A stretch of 64,000 bases of DNA from Alphaproteobacteria bacterium (GTDB taxonomy: Bacteria > Pseudomonadota > Alphaproteobacteria > SP197): NCBI GenBank assembly GCA_964291265.2, contig OZ219747.1:2176001-2240000 (forward strand). The letters are read 5' to 3'. This document shows, piece after piece, positions 49,314 through 56,938 of the stretch; position 1 is the first letter of the stretch; the number at the start of each line of letters is the position of its first letter. Made by a program: the position numbers and the translations under genes. The notes under the pieces are model-generated. The model was given only the letters and a program-made list of their open reading frames with translations. It did not search any database and had not been told where the DNA came from.

Positions 49314-50207
49314 TCATGATCTCGCTTGTGGTTCTTTGGTCCTGGCGTTGACGACGTCGTTCCAGTCGGCGTTTTCCGGCGGTCTGCGTCTGTGGAACGA
49401 GACGTGGGAGGGGAGCTTCATCTTTTTGCGCAGGGTTTCGGCCTGTCGCTCTCCGGCCTCGTCGTGGTCCTGGGCGAGGACGATGGTCCTGACGTTGGGC
49501 AGGCTGCTTGCGGCGAGGCTGATCTGTTCGTGCTGTCTTCGCGAGGGTGCCCCGGCGGTGGAGAGGAAGGCGTGGCTGGGGGGACATTGGTCGATCTGGG
49601 CCAGGCTGAGGGCGTCGACGGCGCTTTCGGTGATGACGAGGGCCTCGAGGTCCGCGGCGGTTCCGGCGCGGACGGCGAACAGGCTTCGGGTTCCACCGGT
49701 GGCGAAGCGTTTCGGTCCGTCGGGGGGACCGATCTCGAAGCCGGTGAGCTTTCGCTTCCTGTTGCGATGGGCGAAGAGGACGCGTCCGTTGTGGTCGCGG
49801 CGGACCAGGGGGCGGCAGGTGTCGAGGGTCTCCGGGAGGATGCCGCGCCCGGTGAGCCAGTCCGGGGCCGCATCGGGCGTTGCCGCGGCCCAGAGGCTGC
49901 GGAAGTCGCGTGGCGCGGCGTCGGGTGCTGCGAAGCGGGTGCAGATGTCGGCGAAGGCCAGTCCGCGGTTGAGCATGAAGTCGATGACGGTTCCGTTGTC
50001 TTCATCGTTCTGGGTGTTGAAGTAGACCCAGTGTCCGTTGTTGAGGCACTTCGTGACGAGCTTCGGCAGGCCGGGTGCGCACAGGACGGGGTTGGCGCGT
50101 GTCGAGGCCTGTTCGTCGCGGACGTATCCCCAGTCGGCGGCGATGCGTTCGAACGGCATGCGCTTGACGGCGTCGAAGTCGACGCGGCGGGGTTTATCGG
50201 GTTTCAC
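49314..50207 (-). CDS. Toprim-domain / primase-like protein (DUF3991 + toprim architecture)
   Basis: NGTVIDF, WLTGRGI, ITESAVDALS, AQDHDEAG, DWND; start overlaps the istB end. Confidence 0.78.
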   Translation of the reverse strand: MKPDKPRRVDFDAVKRMPFERIAADWGYVRDEQASTRANPVLCAPGLPKLVTKCLNNGHWVYFNTQNDEDNGTVIDFMLNRGLAFADICTRFAAPDAAPRDFRSLWAAATPDAAPDWLTGRGILPETLDTCRPLVRRDHNGRVLFAHRNRKRKLTGFEIGPPDGPKRFATGGTRSLFAVRAGTAADLEALVITESAVDALSLAQIDQCPPSHAFLSTAGAPSRRQHEQISLAASSLPNVRTIVLAQDHDEAGERQAETLRKKMKLPSHVSFHRRRPPENADWNDVVNARTKEPQARS

Positions 50208-50895
50208 GCCTGAGCCGCCAGGAGTCGCTGTCGATGGAGATGAGGGTTGCGTCGTGCATGAGCCGGTCGACGGTGCCGGCGATGCCGGAGGCGCTGGGGA
50301 AGACGCGGTCCCACTGGGCGAAGGCGAGGCTTGTTGTGACCATGGTCGAGCGGCGCTGATAGCGCCGCGAGACGATGGCGTAGAGGATGTCGGCATGGTG
50401 GCTTTCGAGGGTCACGTAGCCGATTTCGTCGAGGACGAGCAGGCGGGGCCTGGCGAGGATCGCGAGGCGGCGGCGCAGCTCGCTGCGCGAGACGGTCTCG
50501 GCGAGTGCCTCGAGCAGTTCCGGCGCCTTCTCGAAGCGGACGGTGTGGCCGTGCAGCAGGGCCTGGTGCGCCACGTTGGCGGCGATCATGGTCTTTCCGG
50601 TGCCCTGCCCGCCGACGAGCACGGCGTTGTCCGCACGGTCGACGAAGCCGAGGCCGAGGAGCGCTTCGACATGAGCCCGGCTGATGTCGCGCGGCCATGT
50701 CCAGTCGAAGTCCGCCAGGGGCTTGAAGGCGGGCAGCCGCGCCGCGGCGCGGCGGCGCTCGTGGCTGCGGGCCCTGCGGGCCTGTTCCTCGCCGCTGACC
50801 ACCTCCTCGATCCATGCGGTCCCGGCGACCTCGTCCCAGCGTTCGACGAGCCCGTGGAGGCCGAGCGCCCGGGCACGCTCCCTGAGCTCGCTCAT
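50194..50895 (-). CDS. istB: IS21 helper ATPase IstB
   Basis: LADFDWTW, GGQGTGKT, LLVLDEIGY, VDRLMHDA, SWR. Confidence 0.92.
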   Translation of the reverse strand: MSELRERARALGLHGLVERWDEVAGTAWIEEVVSGEEQARRARSHERRRAAARLPAFKPLADFDWTWPRDISRAHVEALLGLGFVDRADNAVLVGGQGTGKTMIAANVAHQALLHGHTVRFEKAPELLEALAETVSRSELRRRLAILARPRLLVLDEIGYVTLESHHADILYAIVSRRYQRRSTMVTTSLAFAQWDRVFPSASGIAGTVDRLMHDATLISIDSDSWRLRRETR

Positions 50896-52385
50896 GTCTT
50901 GTTCCTGGCGCTGGCTTCGGGCCTGTCGTAGGCGTCGAGAGCGGTCCCCCGCGGCGTCGTGCCACGGCCGCCGCGGCCGTCGTCGGCGATGCTGAGGGGC
51001 GGCAGGCCCTGCTCCCGGCGGCGCTCCTCGATGATGACGCGCACGGTTTCGGGGTGGCACGAGCCGCGCTCCAGCGCCGTGGCGACAGCCCGGTCGAGAG
51101 CGTCGGCGCCGTGCGCGTTGAGAAGCGTCTCCAGCATCCGGGCGCAGGAGGCCACGTTGCGCCCGTTGGTCCCGGCGCGCGCCAGCATCTCCTCGGCCCG
51201 CGGCACGGTGCGCAGGACCCGGTCGCGGACGCTCATGGAGCGGGCCCGCCGCTTGCCCGCGGCGATCGCCCTGGCATGCTCCGGATCGGTGACGGCCTGC
51301 TTCCTGTCGTAGGAGCGTCGGTGGCGCGCGACCTCGTCGGCGCCGTCGAGGATGCGAACCTCGTCGCGGTCGGCGACCAGCGTCAGCAGGGCCTTGGAGA
51401 AGCTACCCGGAACGCTGTAGTCGTTGGTGTCGAAGCGGGCGTGGCAGGTCTTGTCGATGCGCACCGGGCGGACCTCGTGATGCGGGAAGGGGTCGACGGG
51501 AAGGACGATCAGGTGCTCCCTCTCCCGGGCGAAGGCGTCCCGCACCAGGAGACTGTCGTCGTCCGGCCAGGGCCGCTCCGCGGCGGCGCCGAAGCACCAC
51601 TCCCGAACTGCGGCGTTGAGCTCGCCGAGCGGGACCGTGATGTCGCGCCCGGCGAAGAACCCGGTGCGCGCGAAGCGCACACGGCGTTCCACGCGGCCCT
51701 TCTCCTGCGGGCTCCTGGGCCAGGCGGCGCTCGGTTCGAAGGCATAGTGGGCCGCGAGGCCGAGCAGCATCGGATGATAGGTGACCGCCTTGCCGCGGCG
51801 CGTCACCACGGCACTCTTCAGGTTGTCGTACAGAAGCCTCCGCGGCACACCCCCGAATGCCGCGAAAGCCTCGACATGGCCTTGCAGGAAGCTGGCCATC
51901 CGCGCGTCGTGGAACAGGCTCAGGACAGTCTGGCGCGAGTAGCTGAGGGTGACGAGAAGCCCCATGAGCCTGCGCTCCGCCCGGCCGATGCGGACCTTCC
52001 CGAACTCGGCCCAGTCAACCTGCGCCTGCTCGCCCGGAAGGAAGCTCAGCCGCAGCGACGGCTCGGGCCTCTTCACCGGCCTCAGCCCGAGGCGGCGCAG
52101 GTCGTGACGGAAGTGATCCTCGCCGCCGCGGTAGCCCAGAGCCACGACCTGTCGCCAGAGCGTGCTGGCCGGAAGGTCCGGCGACGCCTCAAGACGCTCC
52201 CCGAGGAAGGCAACGAAGGGGTCGATGAGCTTGGCCCGCGGCCGCCGCTCCTGCCCCGACGCCTTGAGCGCCCGCGTCACCGTGCCGTGGTGCACGCCGA
52301 GATGCCGGGCAATCGTCCCCACAGCCCAGCCCTCGGCCCGCGACAGCCGCACGATCGTCGCCCGCGTGTCCTCGTCGATCGCCAT
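50892..52385 (-). CDS. istA: IS21 transposase IstA
   Basis: N-terminal HTH; PGEQAQVDW, LYDNLKSAV, EKGRVER, FDTNDYSVP. Confidence 0.92.
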   Translation of the reverse strand: MAIDEDTRATIVRLSRAEGWAVGTIARHLGVHHGTVTRALKASGQERRPRAKLIDPFVAFLGERLEASPDLPASTLWRQVVALGYRGGEDHFRHDLRRLGLRPVKRPEPSLRLSFLPGEQAQVDWAEFGKVRIGRAERRLMGLLVTLSYSRQTVLSLFHDARMASFLQGHVEAFAAFGGVPRRLLYDNLKSAVVTRRGKAVTYHPMLLGLAAHYAFEPSAAWPRSPQEKGRVERRVRFARTGFFAGRDITVPLGELNAAVREWCFGAAAERPWPDDDSLLVRDAFAREREHLIVLPVDPFPHHEVRPVRIDKTCHARFDTNDYSVPGSFSKALLTLVADRDEVRILDGADEVARHRRSYDRKQAVTDPEHARAIAAGKRRARSMSVRDRVLRTVPRAEEMLARAGTNGRNVASCARMLETLLNAHGADALDRAVATALERGSCHPETVRVIIEERRREQGLPPLSIADDGRGGRGTTPRGTALDAYDRPEASARNKT

Positions 52386-52417
52386 GAACTCCCTCCCTTT
52401 GGTTCCTCAACGCCGCA

Positions 52418-52894
52418 TCACGGGTCCCTCAGCACCACATGCGTCACGACCCGTCCGCATCTGGCGCACCGAAGCGGCGATTCGCGCCGCTCTCGCGCCT
52501 TCACAACCGCAGGTAGGGAGGTCGGCAGCAGTCGGGAAGGGTGGTCCGTAACGATTTCTTCAGAACCGGCGTCTCCAGACACCGCCGGAACGTCGCCAAG
52601 CAGCACCACAGCAGACGTCTGCGTGTCCATGATCTCGGCAACCATCGCCGCCCTGGCCTTCAACGCACGCGCCTCCTCCGCCTTGCGGAGCCGGTAACGC
52701 CGCTGGCGGTGACGGCCCGTCTCACGGCCCTTCAGCGTGCTCTGGTAGCGACGACGCGACGCGCGGCGCCGCTCGATCCGGGACCGCTCCCTGCACTCCT
52801 TGGAGCAATACACATGCCCCCGGTCACACGACCGGCAGAGAACAACCTGCCGCTGACACCGCCTGCAGTTGAACAGTCGTCCTGTCGTGCACAC
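52418..52894 (-). CDS. Cys-rich basic (zinc-finger-like) protein upstream of istA; start uncertain
   Basis: CRRC..CRSCDRGHVYCSKEC, Arg-rich helix, C-terminal CARC. Confidence 0.65.
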   Translation of the reverse strand: MCTTGRLFNCRRCQRQVVLCRSCDRGHVYCSKECRERSRIERRRASRRRYQSTLKGRETGRHRQRRYRLRKAEEARALKARAAMVAEIMDTQTSAVVLLGDVPAVSGDAGSEEIVTDHPSRLLPTSLPAVVKARERRESPLRCARCGRVVTHVVLRDP

Positions 52895-53212
52895 CGTCCG
52901 TCTCGAGAGCGGGGGTGGACCCGGACGCAAAATGGCTCGACAATACACGGGAGTTCGGTCCCCCGTGACCGGCTCGTCCGGGTGCTGCGCCGGGGGGCGT
53001 CACAACTCCGCCCGGCATCGCATCGCTCTTTCTCTTGATGCCGATCTAGCATCCACCCGGGGCGGCGGCAAAGACGCCGCCCCGGGACCGGACAACGCGA
53101 CCCGCCCACAGGGAAGACAGACGATCCCGCGAGTGCCTCGGAACCGGAACCCTCCCGGCAACCGTCACCAAGACCGAAGCAGAGGTCGACGGAACCCGAA
53201 CCGGACCAAAAC

Positions 53213-53304
53213 GACAATAGGAAAAGACGGCGGCGCTCGGGGAGACAACCAGCCGAACACTCAAACCACGACAACAGGACGTGACAATAGGACCTGACAA
53301 CAGG
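53213..53304 (+). repeat. GACAAYAGG direct repeats, three at 13-bp spacing
   Basis: Copies at 53213, 53270, 53283 and 53296. Confidence 0.7.
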
Positions 53305-53899
53305 GAAGAAACACGACCCTGACAAAGCGCGGCAAATCGCCGAAATCCCGCCGTTCTATGCAGCCATCAACAGGTCAGGATGTCTGAACTTCTGGTCTTG
53401 GATTTTCGCGACGGTAACGGTGCATGCACAGGCAGTGAGCGGAACCACAGGGCTTTTCTTTTGTCGTCCCGGCGCTCGGCGCACGCAGGATTCTGGGGGT
53501 GGACATCCCGTTTTCGCCGTGGCAGTGTGCCGGCATGACGACGCTTGTGACCCCAGATTCCCCTATCGACCTTCACGAGGTGACGGTGCGCCCGACCCGT
53601 GGCGCACGTGAGCACCGGCTCTGGGATCGTCTGGTCAAGGAGCATCACTACCTGCGGTTTCACGGCATCATCGGCAAGGGCCTGCGCCATGTCGCCCTGC
53701 ACGGCGAGACCTGGGTGGCGCTGGTCGGCTGGCAGCCGGGCTCGTTCAAGCTTGCTGCACGCGACCGCTGGATCGGCTGGACTGCGGAGCAGCAGTTCCG
53801 GCGCCTGCATCTGATCGCGAACAATTCCCGGTTCGTCATTCTTGGCCCGAGGTAAGCGTTCGGCCACGCGGTGATTGTTGGTGATATTCACCGGTTGAG

Positions 53900-54195
53900 G
53901 ATGCGTTTGGGAGGCGCACCACGTGGCGGTTCGCTGTTGGGTCCGAAGACGATGGGTCCGGGTCGGGTTGCTCGTCGTTGGGGTGGCGGCAGGGTGATGA
54001 GGCCGTCGCGGTGCATGGCCAGAAAGGCGACATTCGCCATCATGTTCTTGAGGCCCCGTCGGGCTTGTATCAGCCGGTCTCGCGGCAGAAGGCGCGGGCG
54101 ATGGCCGCACGGGTGGGGTGCTGGGTGATCAGGGAGCGCAACAGCGCCATCTCGTGCGCGGTGAAGTCACGGCCGTCGTAACGGCACTCGATCAC
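53900..54195 (-). pseudogene. N-terminal fragment of a DUF4338-type protein inside IS66
   Basis: RYDGRDFTAHE..ARAFCRETG*YKPDG / LKNMMANVAFLAMHRDGLITLPPP; stop and frameshift; GTGA overlap with the tnpC stop. Confidence 0.6.
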
Positions 54196-55019
54196 CCCGG
54201 TTCCATGAGGTCCCGTCGGCGCTCCGGGGTCATCGACCATGGCAGCCACGGGTCGAGGTCATCCGGCGGCTTGCCGCCGTTCTGCGCGCAGGCCTCAAGC
54301 CACTCATGAAGCCAGCGCCGAACATTGATGTTGTTCATGGCAAGGGTGCCGATGACCGAGTACATGATGGCGGTGAAGGCGGCGCCTTCCTCGCTGTCGG
54401 AGCCGAAGCTCAGCTTTCTCGCGGTCACCGCACCCCGGAGGGTTCTCTCGGCCAGGTTGTTGTCCATGGGCACCTGGGGATGGTCGACAAAGACGCACAG
54501 TCCCTCGCGGTGACGGATCAGGGAACGCAAGGGCTTCGCTTCGCGTGCACCCTCGGGCAAGGCGTCGAGTTCCTCCTGAGCCTGCCTGAACAGCGCCTCG
54601 ACAGCCGCACGAAGGTCCTTCTGCAGGGCATTGAACCTCGCTGACTGACGCTTGCGTGCGGGATCGTAGTGCTTCAGCCGTTGCCCATTCAGTGTGTAGA
54701 TCAGCGCGATCCTGTCGAGCCACTTGTCGCACCACTCTTCCAGCCCCTCTTGGCCTGCCGCAGCCTCGATCACATCGCGCCTGGAGTGCGCCCAGCAAAG
54801 GCAGAGGATCACCTTGCCATCAAGCTCACGCTCCAGTTTCCTGTAGACCACGTAGCGGTCGCAGACAAGGAAGACGGTGCCTTCGGTGGAGGCGAACAGC
54901 ACCATGGCCACCCGGGTGCTGCGTGACGGGTCGATAAGGAAGAAGACGGAGTCGGCGCTGACCGCGGTCCACAGCCAGGCCTTCTGCGAGCGCCCCGAGG
55001 CCTTGAGGGACTGGATGCG

Positions 55020-56938
55020 GTGTGCCAGGCGAACTGGCGGAAGGTAGGGGGTGAAAGTCCCCTGAAACGAAGGAGTAACCAAACCACGTTTCTCCGCGAG
55101 CCGTGCGTCGGTTCCCGCGAGGGGGCAGGCGAAGCGTCGGTAGCGGTACGGATGGGCAGGGCTAATGAGCACCGAAAAGTCCGTTGTTCGGGGTGCCGAG
55201 GCTTTCGCATCGGTCGAAGGCAACATCGCAGGCATCGATTTGGTGAGATGTCGGCGAGCCCCGCGGTGTCGGAGAACCCATGCACGTCCGCACGCCTTCT
55301 GTTGGGACCCTGGGAGGTCTTCGAACTATCCCGCCTGTCGTGGCGGGACCGTGTAGGGAAAGGAGAAAGCCGAAGCCTATGAGGAACGGTTTGAAGAAGT
55401 CGGATGGGGCCGTAAGACCGGTGAAGGCGGCGAACAAGGGAGCGTCAGCTTCTGCGGAGTCGCTGGAGGAAAGGGCCTCAACCAAGGGGAATCCGGGACG
55501 CCAAAGCACGCACCGAACGCAGTGTCGGGCAAGTGTGCCACAGGCGGCGGACCGGATACGGGAAGCTGCAGAGAGGAACCCGAAGGAGCGTCTCACTGCA
55601 CTCTTCCATCACATTACGCCGGACGCGCTCCGGGCGGCCTACTTCGGTTTGAAGAAGGAAGCCTCGGCAGGTGTCGACGGCGTGACGTGGGCGGCGTATG
55701 GCGAGGGTCTGGACGAGCGCTTGCTTGATCTGCACTCGCGCCTGCATCGTGGGGGAGCGTACCGGGCGCCGCCGGTTCGGCGGGTTGAGATACCCAAGCC
55801 GGACGGCGGGACACGACCGCTCGGGATTGCCGCACTGGAGGACAAGATCGTCCAGAAGGCGGTTGTGGATGTGATCCTGACACCGATTTATGAGGTGGAG
55901 TTCCTTGGCTTCAGCTACGGGTTCCGACCGGGCCGAGGGGCGCATGACGCTCTCGACGCCCTGGCGTTCGGGATCGAGCGGCGCAAGGTCAACTGGATAG
56001 TCGACGCGGACATTCAGGGGTACTTCGACACAATCCCGAGGGATTGGTTGATCAAGTTCCTGGAGCATCGCATTGGCGACAGGCGGGTGATCCGTCTGAT
56101 CCGCAAGTGGCTGAACGCTGGCGTCATGACCGACGGATCATGGAGCGACACCGGTGCGGGCACGCCTCAGGGCGCCATTGTCAGCCCCTGCCTGGCGAAC
56201 GTGTTTCTGCACTACGTGCTCGATCTGTGGTTTCACAAGGCATGGCGTCCGAAGGTTCCGAACGGTAAAGCGATCATTGTCCGCTACGCGGACGATATTG
56301 TGGTCGGGTTCCAGCATAAGCGGGATGCGGAGACATACCTTCGCGACGTTCGGGAGAGGCTGGACCGCTTTGGTCTCACCCTTCACCCGGACAAGACCCG
56401 TCTCGTTGAGTTTGGACGGTTTGCCAAGGCGAACCGGCGATCTCGCGGGGCGGGCAGGCCGGAGACGTTCGACTTCCTGGGCTTCACGCACTTCTGCACG
56501 GAGACCCGGAGAGGACGCTTCAGGCTTGGTCGCAAGCCGGTCGCAAAACGGGTCGCAAGGACCCTGGCGCGCATCGAGGAGGTGCTTCGCAATCGACGGC
56601 ATCACGACATATGGGAGGTCGGCATGTGGCTTGGGCGAGTTGTCAATGGCTGGTCCAACTACTTCGCCGTTCCGGGGTCGACCCGATGGCTGCGCACGTT
56701 CCGCCAAAGGCTGCAACGCCTATGGCTGCGAGCGATCCGCCGCCGCTCCCAGCGCCACTGCTTTGACTGGAAGCGATTGGAGCGCATGACCGAGCTTCTT
56801 TGGCCGCGCGTCTCCATCCGCCACCCATGGCCGGACCAGCGGTTTACCGTCAAGCACCCGAGGTAGGAGCCGGATGGATTAACGTCCATGTCCGGATCTG
56901 TGCGGGGGGTGCGCAGCAATGCGCATCCCTACCGCGAC
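55020..56938 (+). mobile_element. Full-length bacterial group II intron (1919 nt)
   Basis: 5' GTGTG, 3' CCCTACCGCGAC; domains V/VI at ~56866-56938; no TSD; flanks rejoin tnpC exactly. Confidence 0.95.
55535..56866 (+). CDS. ltrA: Group II intron reverse transcriptase/maturase, no endonuclease domain (start uncertain)
   Basis: GVDG, IPKPDGGTRPLGI, SYGFRPGR, DADIQGYFD, GTPQG, RYADD, FDFLGF, GWSNYF. Confidence 0.95.
   Translation: MPQAADRIREAAERNPKERLTALFHHITPDALRAAYFGLKKEASAGVDGVTWAAYGEGLDERLLDLHSRLHRGGAYRAPPVRRVEIPKPDGGTRPLGIAALEDKIVQKAVVDVILTPIYEVEFLGFSYGFRPGRGAHDALDALAFGIERRKVNWIVDADIQGYFDTIPRDWLIKFLEHRIGDRRVIRLIRKWLNAGVMTDGSWSDTGAGTPQGAIVSPCLANVFLHYVLDLWFHKAWRPKVPNGKAIIVRYADDIVVGFQHKRDAETYLRDVRERLDRFGLTLHPDKTRLVEFGRFAKANRRSRGAGRPETFDFLGFTHFCTETRRGRFRLGRKPVAKRVARTLARIEEVLRNRRHHDIWEVGMWLGRVVNGWSNYFAVPGSTRWLRTFRQRLQRLWLRAIRRRSQRHCFDWKRLERMTELLWPRVSIRHPWPDQRFTVKHPR

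Larger units (their letters stand above)
48053..53372 (-). mobile_element. IS21-family cargo transposon (5320 bp)
   Basis: TG...CA ends, imperfect ~50-bp TIRs sharing TAGAACGGCGGGAT, perfect 5-bp TSD GGTCA (48048-48052, 53373-53377), istA/istB inside. Confidence 0.9.

Noticed and set aside
48200-49925. Decayed toprim copy as a DGR template repeat
   Set aside because: About a third of the differences in the segment I aligned are non-adenine on the coding strand, and the copy has a large deletion; ordinary decay with skew fits better.
55280-55534. N-terminal extension of the intron RT
   Set aside because: Overlaps ribozyme sequence that is also kept in the ORF-less copy, where this frame has a stop; the start is more likely near 55535.
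45323-56866. Diversity-generating retroelement (RT plus variable MORN repeats or paralog)
   Set aside because: The RT is a typical group II IEP flanked by ribozyme domains. Differences among repeats and between paralogs involve all bases rather than adenines only, and no TR/VR pair or avd-like gene is visible.
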